Shown: piece by piece, positions 34,445 to 48,690 of the stretch
How the letters are laid out: each line of letters opens with the position of its first letter
Numbering within the stretch: the first letter of the stretch is position 1
DNA from: Macrostomum lignano
Taxonomy: Eukaryota
Direction: 5' to 3'
DNA: 64,000 nucleotides
Assembly (NCBI GenBank): GCA_002269645.1
Contig: NIVC01000493.1
Span: forward strand, 310,001-374,000
The notes under the pieces: generated by a model
Told to the model about the DNA's origin: nothing
Database searches by the model: none
What the model saw: the letters and a program-made list of their open reading frames with translations, nothing else
Translations under genes and position numbers: made by a program

Positions 34445-36352
34445 CAGGCTCCTCTCTCCCTGCCCTCAGGCTCCTCTCTTCCTGCCCTCAGGCTCCTCTC
34501 TCCCTGTCCTCAGGCTCCTCTCTCCCTGCCCTCAGGCTCCTCTCTCCCTGCCCTCAGGCTCCTCTCTCCCTGCCCTCAGGCTCCTCTCTCCCTGCCCTCA
34601 AGCTCCTCTCTCCCTGTCCTCAGACTCCTCTCTCCCTGCCCTCAGGCTCCTCTCTCCCTGCCCTCAGGCTCCTCTCTCCCTGCCCTCGGGCTCCTCTCTC
34701 CCTGCCCTTAAGCTCCTCTCTCCCTGTCCTCAGACTCCTCTCTCCCTGCCCTCAGGCTCCTCTCTCCCTGCCCTCAGGCTCCTCTCTCCCTGCCCTTAAG
34801 CTCCTCTCTCCCTGTCCTCAGACTCCTCTCTCCCTGCCCTCAGGCTCCTCTCTCCCTGCCCTCAGGCTCCTCAAGCTCCTCTTTCCCTGCCCTCAGGCTC
34901 CTCTCTCCCTGCCCTCAAGCTCCTCTCTCCCTGTCCTCAGACTCCTCTCTCCCTGCCCTCAGGCTCCTCTCTCCCTGTCCTCAGACTCCTCTCTCCCTGC
35001 CCTCAGGCTCCTCTCTCCCTGCCCTCAGGCTCCTCTCTCCCTGTCCTCAGGCTCCTCTTTCCCTGCCCTCAGGCTCCTCTCTCCCTGCCCTCAGGCTCCT
35101 CTCTCCCTGCCCTCAGGCTCCTCTCTCCCTGTCCTCAGGCTCCTCTCTTCCTGTCCTCAGGCTCCTCTCTCCCTGCCCTCAAGCTCCTCTCTCCCTGTCC
35201 TCAGACTCCTCTCTCCCTGCCCTCAGACTCCTCTCTCCCTGCCCTCAGGCTCCTCTCTTCCTGTCCTCAGGCTCCTCTCTTCCTGCCCTCAGGCTCCTCT
35301 CTCCCTGCCCTCAAGCTCCTCTCTCCCTGCCCTCAGGCTTCTCTCTCCCTGCCCTCAGGCTCCTCTCTCCCTGCCCTCAGGCTCCTCTCTCCCTGCCCTC
35401 AGGCTCCTCTCTCCCTGCCCTCGGGCTCCTCTCTCCCTGCCCTTAAGCTCCTCTCTCCCTGCCCTCAAGCTCCTCTCTCCCTGTCCTCAGACTCCTCTCT
35501 CCCTGCCCTCAGGCTCCTCTCTCCCTGTCCTCAAGCTCCTCTTTCCCTGCCCTCAGGCTCCTCTCTCCCTGCCCTCAAGCTCCTCTCTCCCTGTCCTCAG
35601 ACTCCTCTCTCCCTGCCCTCAGGCTCCTCTCTCCCTGTCCTCAGACTCCTCTCTCCCTGCCCTCAGGCTCCTCTCTCCCTGCCCTCAAGCTCCTCTCTCC
35701 CTGCCCTCAGGCTCCTCTCTCCCTGCCCTCAGGCTCCTCTCTCCCTGCCCTCAAGCTCCTCTCTCCCTGTCCTCAGACTCCTCTCTCCCTGCCCTCAGGC
35801 TCCTCTCTCCCTGTCCTCAGACTCCTCTCTCCCTGCCCTCAGGCTCCTCTCTCCCTGTCCTCAGACTCCTCTCTCCCTGCCCTCAGGCTCCTCTCTCCCT
35901 GCCCTCAAGCTCCTCTCTCCCTGCCCTCAGGCTCCTCTCTCCCTGCCCTCAGGCTCCTCTCTCCCTGCCCTCAAGCTCCTCTCTCCCTGTCCTCAGACTC
36001 CTCTCTCCCTGCCCTCAGGCTCCTCTCTCCCTGTCCTCAGACTCCTCTCTCCCTGCCCTCAGGCTCCTCTCTCCCTGCCCTCAAGCTCCTCTCTCCCTGC
36101 CCTCAGGCTCCTCTCTCCCTGCCCTCGGGCTCCTCTCTCCCTGCCCTCAGGCTCCTCTCTCCCTGTCCTCAGACTCCTCTCTCCCTGCCCTCAGGCTCCT
36201 CTCTCCCTGTCCTCAAGCTCCTCTCTCCCTGCCCTCAGGCTCCTCTCTCCCTGTCCTCAGACTCCTCTCTCCCTGCCCTCAGGCTCCTCTCTCCCTGTCC
36301 TCAGACTCCTCTCTCCCTGCCCTCAGGCTCCTCTCTCCCTGTCCTCAGGCTC
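34445..36352. repeat. 22-bp pyrimidine-rich satellite (CTCAGGCTCCTCTCTCCCTGCC), about 85 copies
   Basis: Read directly; source of the 712-aa repetitive ORF. Confidence 0.96.
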
Positions 36353-36845
36353 CTTCCTCCCTTAAGAGTCGAACTGCAATGGGCAAACGCTGTCAGCAAG
36401 ACAGGAGCGCTGGTCAGCCAATGGGTTTGACACAAAGCAGTCAGAAGCCATGCATACTTTCATATAGAGCGACCGGATTCTTCGTCTCTGGGAAAACAGC
36501 ATTCGGGTCAATAATCTTCCCTGATTCTACCCACCGCTCCCCTATTCGCCCACTTCTCTAAGCTCTGGGAGAGTCTGAGCTGGCCAAAGATGAAGCTGGG
36601 AGGCGTGTGTAGATGAGCGGCCCAATTCTCCCAGGATGCGGGGAGAGAGAGTAGAAGAACTCGATTGATAGGGAAAGAATGAGAGGAGAAGCTTTAGCAA
36701 AAGTGGAGAGCGGCCTCGAATCGGTAGGGGGGGGGGGGCTGAATTCGACCGTTTTTGCTCAATGTAATCATTTCAGCAATTGTGTTGCTTGTACTACAGA
36801 CTCTACAGGTATCCGTAGCCAGCCCTACCATTAGCTCTAAAGGTG

Positions 36846-37065
36846 TCCTCAGCTTACTCTACAAGTGTCCTTAGCTTAATCCACAGTTGTCCTTAGCTTA
36901 ATCCACAGTTGTCCTTAGCTTAATCCACAGTTGTCCTTAGCTTAATCCACAGGTGTCCTTAGCTTAATCCACAGTTGTCCTTAGCTTAATACACAGTTGT
37001 CCTTAGCTTAATGCACAGTTGTCCTTAGCTTAATGCACAGGTGTCCTTAGCCTAATGCACAGGTG
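36846..37065. repeat. 22-bp array (CTTAGCTTAATCCACAGTTGTC), about 10 copies
   Basis: Read directly. Confidence 0.9.
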
Positions 37066-38194
37066 CCCTATCCAATGCTGTCTGTCAATACTGGAAGCCT
37101 ATAGGACTATACAATGCGATCCCTTTAAAAGCAGAATAATCTTTTGCGATGGAACAACTTTTTTTTAATTTTCCACCGAAGAAGCAGAAGTGCAGACGGG
37201 TGGAAAATGATTGAAAAAGAGGTTTCAGTCCCGCAGCAACAAACAGAAACGGAAGCAGGCAGGGAAAGATCGAGGGCAGAGGAGCGGATGCGGATGCGGC
37301 AGAAACTGGGTCCGATGTTTACGCTCAGCTCCCCTCTCTCGGAAACTCGTCAGAAAGATCCCGGGGAGCAAAGAAGGAGAGAGAAGGCAGCGGCAAGGTG
37401 CCGTATGCGGAAACCAGTTGGCATTTTCCACCGGATGGGGGCCGACTGGCCGCGGAAGTTGACTTACTTCCCTCGGAACTCTCCCTATCTCTAAGCCACT
37501 CTGCATGCTTCATTTGGCCGATATCAAAGGAAAAAAATGGGACAACAGTGCCATATAGGCCAGTGACGCGCGAAATTTTCGAATCCAATTATATGTCTGA
37601 TGTAAATTTCTTATAATTCTACACGCAAGTTGCACAGATACAGATAAAATTAGTAGATAGGTAGAAGAGAGACAGCATTCGGACTAGCCGACACATTCCG
37701 CCACCTTTGCACCTCGAGGTTCGGGATTGGGACAAGGATCCCGGCTAAAGTCGCAACTGGTACCAATAAGTTATCCGGGAGTATGGTTCAGCCTGTCAGC
37801 CCTGCCATGGAGAGGTCTCCAGAGACAGAGGTCTACGCTGGGGGCATTTATGATGAAGTGCGCAGGCTGGCTTGTTGACACATCCAGAATTTCAAATGTC
37901 CAACGCTTGGACTCCCCCTGTGCAGTCATCGTCGCAATACTTGGCGCAACTGACGTTTAGGAAATGTCTTTGAAACAATTTTTACTGCGCTATCTTTTTT
38001 CCAGAAATTTAGTCCAGCTGCTGCTCTGCATCTATTCAGTCGCGGCCGTGTGGCCATCACAATCATCCCCACTAAAATTCCACCGGCAGCATAAAAATTG
38101 CGCTTCTCCAAAAAAACAAGATGAAAGAGATAGCCCATCTCGACGAGTGAAAGGAGCTCAACTTTTTCCGCCTCCACTGGCCTTTTCCAAGAAA

Positions 38195-39185
38195 CAGCTG
38201 GGGCGCCTACCAAGAGACAGGGATGCCCACCAAGAGACAGGGGCGTCCACCAAGAGACAGCTGGGACGCCCACCATGAGACAGGGGCGCCCACCAAGAGA
38301 CAGGGGCGCCCAAACAAGAGACAAGGGCGCCCAAACAAGAGACGGGGGCGCCAAACCAAAAGACAGGGCCGCCCAAACAAGAGACAGGGGCGCCTACCAA
38401 GAGACAGCTGGGACGCCCACCATGAGACAGGGGCGCCCACCAAGAGACAGGGGCGCCCAAACAAGAGACAAGGGCGCCCAAACAAGAGACGGGGGCGCCA
38501 AACCAAAAGACAGGGCCGCCCAATCAAGAGACAGGGGCGCCTACCAAGAGACAGCTGGGACGCCCACCATGAGACAGGGGCGCCCACCAAGAGACAGGGG
38601 CGCCCAAACAAGAGACAAGGGCGCCCAAACAAGAGACGGGGGCGCCAAACCAAAAGACAGGGCCGCCCAAACAAGAGACAGGGGCGCCTACCAAGAGACA
38701 GCTGGGACGCCCACCATGAGACAGGGGCGCCCACCAAGAGACAGGGGCGCCCAAACAAGAGACAAGGGCGCCCAAACAAGAGACGGGGGCGTCAAACCAA
38801 AAGACAGGGCCGCCCAAACAAGAGACAGGGGCGCCTACCAAGAGACAGCTGGGACGCCCACCAAGAGACAGGGGAGCCCACCAAGAGACAGGGGAGCCCA
38901 CCAAGAGACAGGGGAGCCCACCAAGAGACAGGGGTGCCCACCAAGAGACAGGGGTGCCCACCAAGAGACAGGGGAGCCCACCAAGATACAGGGGAGCCCA
39001 CCAAGAGACAGGGGAGCCCACCAAGAGACAGGGGAGCCCACCAAGAGACAGGGGAGCCCACCAAGAGACAGGGGAGCCCACCAAGAGACAGGGGAGCCCA
39101 CCAAGAGACAGGGAGCCCACCAAGAGACAGGGGAGCCCACCAAGAGACAGGGGAGCCCAAACAAGAGACAGGGGTGCCCACCAAG
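38195..39185. repeat. ~20-bp satellite (GGGGCGCCCACCAAGAGACA) with four 147-bp higher-order repeats followed by monomers
   Basis: Diagnostic CATGAGA recurs with the ATG at 38275, 38422, 38569 and 38716; monomers run from about 38860. Confidence 0.93.
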
Positions 39186-39318
39186 GCACCAAATATTGGC
39201 GTCCCTTAGGGTTAAGTCTCTTAAGTCCCCTTAGGCCTGCTCCAATTAAAATTCCTGCGTGTGCCACTGGTTCTTTGCAGTACTATTTTCACTGGTATAT
39301 CTTACTACTATGGACGGT

Positions 39319-39880
<562 letters not shown>

Positions 39881-40329
39881 GTAAGACTAAGGGAATAACT
39901 ACCGTTAGCAACAGGAAGTTAGCACGGTTGACTTCCAATCCAGATGATGACTCAATCGACGGCCGCTCGACAGTCGGTCCGCGGAAGCCGAAGTTAAGCA
40001 AACCTGTGTGACTGTGTCTAGAACTTGACTGGGAAATACCGAAATTACACGGATCGTACAAGCCTAAAATTTACAGCCAACAAAATCAGTTCGCAGATCG
40101 CCAGTGGTTTTACAATCCGAATAACTAATTAAGATGTTCAACAAGGGCGAAAGGGCTTGCCACTGCCGGCTATTGGCTTAGACTGGGGCCAGCCAATCAG
40201 AGTTGCTGAGAGATCTTCTTTACTCCTGACGCTTACTGACTTCAGACACTCGCTTAATACACTACCGCTCAGAGTTACTTAAGTCAAGCAATACAGCATC
40301 CTATTCCTTCTTCAGCGGCATCTGCCATT

Positions 40330-42510
40330 TCTCCCGAATTTCCTTCAGTAGGAATCTGCCATTTCACCTGAAGTTCCTTCAGTAGGCATTAGCCATTCCT
40401 TCAGTAGGAATCAGCCATTCCTTCAGTAGGAATCTGCCATTCCTTCAGTAGGAATCTGCCATTTCTTCAGTAGGAATCTGCCATTCCATCTGAAGTTCCT
40501 TCAGTAGGCATCTGCCATTCCTTCAGTAGGAATCTGCCATTCCTTCAGTAGGAATCTGCCATTCCATCTGAAGTTCCTTCAGTAGGCATCTGCCATTCCT
40601 TCAGTAGGAATCTGCCATTCCATCTGAAGTTCCTTCAGTAGGCATCTGCCATTCCTTCAGTAGGAATCTGCCATTCCTTCAGTAGGAATCTGCCATTCCT
40701 TCAGTAGGAATCTGCCATTCCATCTGAAGTTCCTTCAGTAGGCATCTGCCATTCCTTCAGTAGGAATCTGCCATTCCTTCAGTAGGAATCTGCCATTCCA
40801 TCAGTAGGAATCAGCCATTCCTTCAGTAGGAATCTGCCATTCCTTCAGTAGGAATCTGCCATTCCATCAGTAGGAATCAGCCATTCCTTCAGTAGGAATC
40901 TGCCATTCCTTCAGTAGGAATCTGCCATTCCTTCAGTAGGAATCTGCCATTCCATCTGAAGTTCCTTCAGTAGGCATCTGCCATTCCTTCAGTAGGAATC
41001 TGCCATTCCATCTGAAGTTCCTTCAGTAGGCATCTGCCATTCCTTCAGTAGGAATCTGCCATTCCATCTGAAGTTCCTTCAGTAGGCATCTGCCATTCCT
41101 TCAGTAGGAATCAGCCCTTCCTTCAGTAGGAATCAGCCATTCCTTCAGTTGGAATCTGCCATTCCTTCAGTAGGAATCTGCCATTCCTTTAGTAGGAATC
41201 AGCCATTCCTTCAGTAGGAATCAGCCATTCCTTCAGTAGGAATCTGCCATTCCTTCAGTAGGAATCTGCCATTCCTTGAGTAGGAATCAGCCATTCCTTC
41301 AGTAGGAATCAGCCATTCCTTCAGTAGGAATCTGCCATTCCACCTGAAGTTCCTTCAGTAGGAATCTGCCATTCCTTCAGTAGGAATCTGCCATTCCTTC
41401 AGTAGGAATCTGCCATTCCATCTGAAGTTCCTTCAGTAGGAATCTGCCATTCCTTCAGTAGGAATCTGCCATTCCTTCAGTAGGAATCAGCCATTCCTTC
41501 AGTAGGAATCTGCCATTCCTTCAGTAGGAATCTGCCATTCCATCTGAAGTTCCTTCAGTAGGCATCTGCCATTCCTTCAGTAGGCATCTGCCATTCCTTC
41601 AGTAGGAATCAGCCATTCCTTCAGTAGGAATCAGCCATTCCTTCAGTAGGAATCTGCCATTCCTTCAGTAGGAATCTGCCATTCCATCTGAAGTTCCTTC
41701 AGTAGGCATCTGCCATTCCTTCAGTAGGAATCTGCCATTCCATCTGAAGTTCCTTCAGTAGGCATCTGCCATTCCTTCAGTAGGAATCTGCCATTCCATC
41801 TGAAGTTCCTTCAGTAGGCATCTGCCATTCCTTCAGTAGGAATCAGCCCTTCCTTCAGTAGGAATCAGCCATTCCTTCAGTTGGAATCTGCCATTCCTTC
41901 AGTAGGAATCTGCCATTCCTTTAGTAGGAATCAGCCATTCCTTCAGTAGGAATCAGCCATTCCTTCAGTAGGAATCTGCCATTCCTTCAGTAGGAATCTG
42001 CCATTCCTTCAGTAGGAATCTGCCATTCCTTCAGTAGGAATCTGCCATTCCTTCAGTAGGAATCTGCCATTCCTTCAGTAGGAATCAGCCATTACTTCAG
42101 TAGGAATCTGCCATTCCACCTGAAGTTCCTTCAGTAGGCATCAGCCATTCCTTCAGTTGGAATCTGCCATTCCTTCAGTAGGAATCTGCCATTCCTTCAG
42201 TAGGAATCTGCCATTCCTTCAGTAGGAATCAGCCATTACTTCAGTAGGAATCAGCCATTCCTTCAGTAGGAATCAGCCATTACTTCAGTAGGAATCTGCC
42301 ATTCCTTCAGTAGGAATCTGCCATTCCTTCAGTAGGAATCAGCCATTACTTCAGTAGGAATCTGCCATTCCACCTGAAGTTCCTTCAGTAGGCATCAGCC
42401 ATTCCTTCAGTTGGAATCTGCCATTCCTTCAGTAGGAATCAGCCATTTCATCTGAAGTTCCTTCAATAGGCATCAGCCATTCCTTCAGTTGGAATCTGCC
42501 ATTGCTTCAG
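40330..42510. repeat. 22-bp satellite (CCATTCCTTCAGTAGGAATCTG) interspersed with a 34-bp variant, about 2.2 kb
   Basis: Read directly. Confidence 0.96.
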
Positions 42511-43211
42511 TGGACATCCGTTATTACATTTGACCCTTCAGTGAACATCGTCATTGCTTTCCTACTTATCATTTGCACATACACGATGCCAGTTACACAG
42601 ACAACTAAAAGCCAGCAGTCCCTTCTAACAAACTTCCTATCTCAATCCTGAAAGCGGCATCATAAATGAATTAATCTTGTTCCGGTTATCATTTCCTTAT
42701 CTAGATGATAAAAATAGCCCGACGAACCCCAAGGCGCAGACTTAACAGTTTACCCAACTGCATCGAAGGGGAATCATTGTGCAAGCACTGCACTGGCGGG
42801 TGACTTGAAGGCTAGGCGGAGTTTTGCCCGTCAATCAGTCATTTTCAGGCAATACATATACAGAGCTGAAGTCTATATAAATACCTATTTAGCCTCTGCG
42901 CGACCTGACCTTCACGACAGTCGAGAGAAAAGATTTATATTCAAAACAATATAGATGTATTAAATTTCAAAAAACGGCAACTAGGACGCAAATATTGCAG
43001 CAAGAGGTGTCCAGGTTTATTTTAAGTAATAAAAAACAACACATTAGAGCTGCGTGAAATTTATAAACACTATTCTGGTCAGCCGACAATTTCTTGCCGG
43101 ACTGTGCATTCTGTGAAAACCCATTAGTCTACTATAAGTAGGAATTTTAAAATCGGGAAACTTAGATCTAGGTTATAGAATGCTGGCTAACCACTATTTG
43201 GGACAATGGCA

Positions 43212-44116
43212 TTCTCAGATTTGGAATTGGGATTCTCAGATTCGGGATTGGGATTCTCGTAGTTGGGATTGGGATTCTCATAGTCGGGATTGGGATTCTC
43301 ATAGTCGGGATTGGGATTCTCTGATTCGAGATTGGGATTCTCATAGTCGGGATTAGGATTCTCACATTTAGTATTCGGATTCTTGTGGTTGGTATTGGGA
43401 CTCTCAGATTCGTGTTTGGGATTCTCAGATTCGGGATTGGGATTCTCAGAGTTGAGATTGGGATTCTCAGATTCAGGTTTGGGATTCTCAGATTCGGGAT
43501 TGGGATTCTCATATTTTGGATTGGGATTCTCATAGTTGGGATTGGGATTCTCAAAGTTGGGATTGGGATTCTCAGATTCGGGATTGGGATTCTTAGATTC
43601 GAGATTGGAATTCTCATAGTCGGGATTGGGATTCTCATATTTGGGATTGGGATTGGGATTCTCATAGTTAGGATTAGAATTCTCAGATTCGGGATTCTCA
43701 GATTCGAGATTAGGATTCTCATAGTCGGGATTGGGATTCTCAGATTTGGGATTGGGATTCTCATAGTTGGGATTCGGAGTCGGACTCTCATATTTGGGAT
43801 TGGGATTGGGATTCTCAGATTCGAGATTGGAATTCTGGTAGTCGGGATTGGGATTCTCATATTTGGGATTGGGATTCTCATAGTTGGAATTGGGATTCTC
43901 ATATTTGGGATTGGGATTCTCAGATTCGAGATTGGAATTCTCGTAGTCGGGATTGGGATTCTCATATTTGGGATTGGGATTCTCATAGTTGGAATTGGGA
44001 TTCTCATATTTGGGATTGGGATTCTCATAGTTGGGATTGGAATTCTCAGATTCGGGATTCTCAGATTCGAGATTGGGATTTTCATAGTCGGGATTGGGAT
44101 TCTCAGTTTCGGGATT
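43212..44116. repeat. (GGGATT)-based 15/21-bp degenerate array just 3' of MRPS15
   Basis: Read directly; source of the ENPNPDY and IPIP ORFs. Confidence 0.93.
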
Positions 44117-44190
44117 TCTGCAATAAAATAGCACACAGGCAATCGCGCAGTGAAATCCTAAATCTAACAATTATCCCGCATTAAAAATCC

Positions 44191-47100
44191 CTACTTGCGG
44201 CCACGAGTCTGAGCGGCCTTAGCCTTCTCGGCCAGCTTGGCAACGTATTTAAGATGGTCCCGCTGCTCGCCGTAGTACCAGTGCAGCTGGTCCTCCAGCA
44301 AGTCGGTCTCAGCCCGGGCTCGCCTATCCGCGTACACCTCGTCTAGCACCTGTTCCAGGGTCAGCCCCAGGCTAGCCAGCTTCTCAGCCGCATCTTTTAG
44401 TTCTTTTTGGCGTCGCTGCTCGAACTCGGCCTTGGCCGCCTCGGTCCGGTCGGCCAGCTCGGCCAGTCGGCGCTGGCGAAGCCGCCTGCAGCGGTCGCGA
44501 GTCTCGGCCAGCCGGCTGGGGAAGCCCGGCTTTGGCGGCTCCGCCTCGTTCGGCCGTGGCTTATGCGCGAAGTTGAGCTCAAGGCCGGAGACCAGGCGCA
44601 GGAACTGGGCATAATCCTCGGAGCGGAGCACCTCGATCAGGTGGCGCCGCCTGTCCAGCATGGCCAACAGATTGCGCTCCAGCACTGCCGAATTCTTCTT
44701 GGACATCTGCTCGCGCTGCACCCGGATGCGCACGGTAAGGCGGACGACTGCGGGGGGGGATTGGGGAGAAACTCAGCCTCTAGGATCTCACTTAACAACT
44801 GCATCATGGGCCTCCAATCTCATCCATAATATATAATAATTCAATCCCAAATCCTCATTATTTACCCAATTCAATCCCAAATCCCCATTAATCACCTAAT
44901 TCAATCCCAAATCCTCATTATTCACCCAATTTAATCCCAAATCCCCATTAATCACCCAATTCAATCCCAAATCCTCATTATTCACCCAATTCAATCCCAA
45001 ATCCTCATTATTCACCCAATTTAATCCCAAATCCCCATTAATCACCCAATTCAATCCCAAATCCTCATTATTCACCCAATTCAATCCCAAATCCTCATTA
45101 TTCACCCAATTTAATCCCAAATCCTCATTATTCACCCAATTTAATCCTAAATCCTCATTATTCACCCAATTTAATCCCAAATCCTCATTATTCACCCAAT
45201 TTAATCCCTAATCCTCATTATTCACCCAATTCAATCCCAAATCCTCATTATTCACCCAATTCAATCCCAAATCCCCATTATTCACCTAATTCAATCCCAA
45301 ATCCTCATTATTCACCCAATTTAATCCCAAATCCTCATTATTCACCTAATTCAATCTCAAATCCTCATTATTCACCCAATTCAATCCCAAATCCTCATTA
45401 TTCACCTAATTCAATCCCAAATCCTCATTATTCACCCGATTTAATCCCAAATCCTCATTATTCACCCGATTTAATCCCAAATCCTCATTCTTCACCCAAT
45501 TCAGACCCTAATCACAATACCAAACTAGTTCCCATTTCTACAGCCAAAAATGAACTCAAATTTAACTCAATCCAATGCACTCTTACTCTCGTTGGCAGTA
45601 GATTCCTGGGCAGGGTCAAGTCCCAGTTCAATGGCTTTCTCCCTGATTACATCGGACACAGCGGCCTCCTACAACAGTGAAATACATATCATACTTTAAT
45701 ATTAAAAACTAACCTTATTAATAAGGAATACAGGAAATAAAACAGAAATACCTACAAAATTCATGAACTCAAACGAGTGGATGTTTTTGACAGATTCTGG
45801 CACACTCCTGAAAGTGAGTCATTAATAATGATATATTCAAGTGCCTAATAAATGCAATTGACAAACAAATAATTGAGCAATCTTACTCATCTAGATACTT
45901 GCGCAGCAGAGCTGGAGCGGAACTACCCTTCGGCAGCTTTACTTTAGCCCTATCCTCTGCAAATTGCAACATGCAAAATATTATAAATGGTGAGTATTGC
46001 TTCCCAGTTGAACATACTCATGAATTATTAAAAAAATTATAGCTTACCATATTTCTCTAACACCTCCTTAGATATTGGTCGGGTCATCCATTTCCAGCTA
46101 TAGTACTTTGTAAACCAATGCCCTTGGCGGATTGGAATTGCTGAAAGTTAAAAAGCAAAATTCAGCTCATCACAATGTTACAATAGAAACAGATTAAAGA
46201 GAAGGTGCTTATACAATTTTATATATGAATATTGATTCTTAATCATTAAAAAGTAGTTTTTTGCTTAACCCATTATTTGAATTGTATTAAATAAAACAAA
46301 CGAATTCATCTTTGAAAGTAGGGCTGGCAAACTAGATAAAGAGAAAGGCCAAATAAAGAATCTATAGCATTGCTATGGGCAAGATGAGATAAAGTAAGAT
46401 AAAGAAAGAGAAAAGAACAGATGAGAGATAAAAAGGGGAGACAACAGATGAAAGGGGAAATAAGATACAAGAAGAGATGAAAAAAGAGAGCAGAGGAAAT
46501 ACAGGGTATGTATGATTTCATAATTTGGTTATTTTAGTGACAAAAGGCACTTCATAATATCAATATATAGCCACACTCCGGATCATGTAGTATATTCCCA
46601 AAAATTCTAGCATGTATTGGCCTTGTTTGCACGCCTAAATTTAGAGGTGCACAGTTGGTGGGCACGACTCTTAAAAAAATAGTGTGCATCCACACCTGGC
46701 ATGCACTTCATATAATCAGGTGAAAGAGTTATTGTTAGTGTACATATTAAACTTTCTGGCTTTTAAGCTTGCTAATAATGCATTAAAACAAAAGTTTGTG
46801 TATATCAGTTTTTTGCTATAATTTCTTTTTGGCATACATATGTAACTCTTTCAATTTTTGTTTGGGCATGCACCCAGCATGATCAAGACTATGGATATAG
46901 TTATTTTGTAACTAGATTTATGATTTTAGGTCTATTTTTCAAAAATTCTATAAAATAGTTTCAAAGTTAACCCCAAAATGGCGCTGTGCACTTTTAAAGT
47001 TGAACTATTTTTTGTTAGCAAGATAGCCACCACAACCTCTGCCTGCCTGCTTCTCTTTCCTAATCTGGGCCCTGATATGTAAAAGGGTTTGTAAAATTGA

Positions 47101-48659
47101 CTAAATTTTGGCTGCCATAAGTTTGCTCCACATGAAGCAATTGGCTTCAAACTTGACACAATTTTTCATTGACTCATTCTCAGTCTAAATGTAAAGATTC
47201 AACTCTGTAACTCAATTGGAACAGAAACTGTAAGCATGTGAAGTTTGTCTGCTTTTCCTGTTGTTTGTGCCACTCACTTGCTTATTCCCCCAGATCCAGA
47301 CCAAGGGTCAGGCGATAGGGCTGAATGTACATAGCGAATGTACAGTGTTTTGGAATAGCTTTATCTATAGCCTTCTCTGCACCCCATACATGCTTGGGCG
47401 CAACCTAGGGATTCACCCGGCCATTTCTATTGGCAACACACACATGTAAGTTGCTATTGGATGGAATAGTGGTCACGTGACTGCTCTCAACCAATAGCGA
47501 CTTACATGTGTGTGTTGCCAATAGAAACGCCCCATAGAGAAACTACATTTAGCCATAACAGTTTAGTGAGGAATTCAAACCACTGCCCTCTGTATTGGCA
47601 AACTCTGCAACAGTTTAACAGGAGATGGCAATTGGCAAATCAAGGCAATCCAGCATGGTTTTTTAAAAGTGAAAGATTTATGAAAAGGCAATGCAATATA
47701 ATACAACCCTACTAAACTAGTCACACCATAGAAATTTTAAGTTTCTTTTTAAAGTACTTAAAGAGTAAGTAAAGACTGCATTGGAGCTGAAGATACACAA
47801 AATCCTTTTAGGGCTGCAGATTGGCAAGAAAGATAACATGATCAAAGCATGAGAACAACCATGAGAGTACTACGTCCCACAAACTGGCTTTCCAAGCAGG
47901 GATTAGCAGACTTTTACCTCAAAGGCCAGATAAAGAATCCAGCTCATGGTTGAAGGGCTGATGAGAGTAGAAAGAAGAAGGAATAGACAATTTGAAAAGA
48001 GGAGAGGCGAGAGAAGGGATTAGTGAAAAGATAGAATATAATAAGAATTAAAGGTGTGAATGACAATGAGAGAGGGGAGAGAGGAGAAGCAAGATGAGAG
48101 AGTAGAGAGCAACAAGAAGAGGAGAGGAGACAGAAGAGAGTAAAGATGAGAGCTTCTGATGAGAGGAGAGAAGAGATAGGAGAGTGGAGAGCAGGGAGAG
48201 AGGAAAGAGGTGAAAGGAGAGATTATAGAGTAAAGGGAAGAGAGAAGAAATAAGGTTGTAGAGATGAGAGTTGTAAAGAGTGATGAGAAATGAAAGATAA
48301 AAGATAAATGAGAGAAGAAAGTGGAGAGAGTATAGAAGAGAGAAGAGAAAGGAGAGAAGAAAGGAGAAAAGAAAGTAAGAAGTCAAAAGAGGAGAAAGAA
48401 AATAGTACAAAGGAGAGAGGTGAGAGAACATATAAAACAGTAAAGATGATAGATGAAAAGGGGGGTGAGAGAGAATGTAGAGAATGTAGAGAGAGAATAG
48501 AGAGAATGTAGGAAAGATAAGAGATAAGACAAAAGATTACAGAGATGAGAGAAGAGAAAAGAGACAAAAAGAGAGGGAAGTGAGTGAGAAGAGAGGAGAG
48601 GAAAGAGGAGAATGGAGAGGGGAAAGAGTAGAGAGAAGAGAGAGGGGAGAGGAGAGATA

Positions 48660-48690
<31 letters not shown>

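Noticed and set aside
34365-36561. 712-aa Pro/Ser/Leu-rich ORF
   Set aside because: Translation of a 22-bp satellite that cycles through all three frames.
43168-44170. 327-aa ENPNPDY-repeat ORF and overlapping IPIP/GIGI ORFs resembling a repetitive surface antigen
   Set aside because: Entirely a GGGATT-based tandem array, open in several frames, with a non-ATG start and no unique domain.
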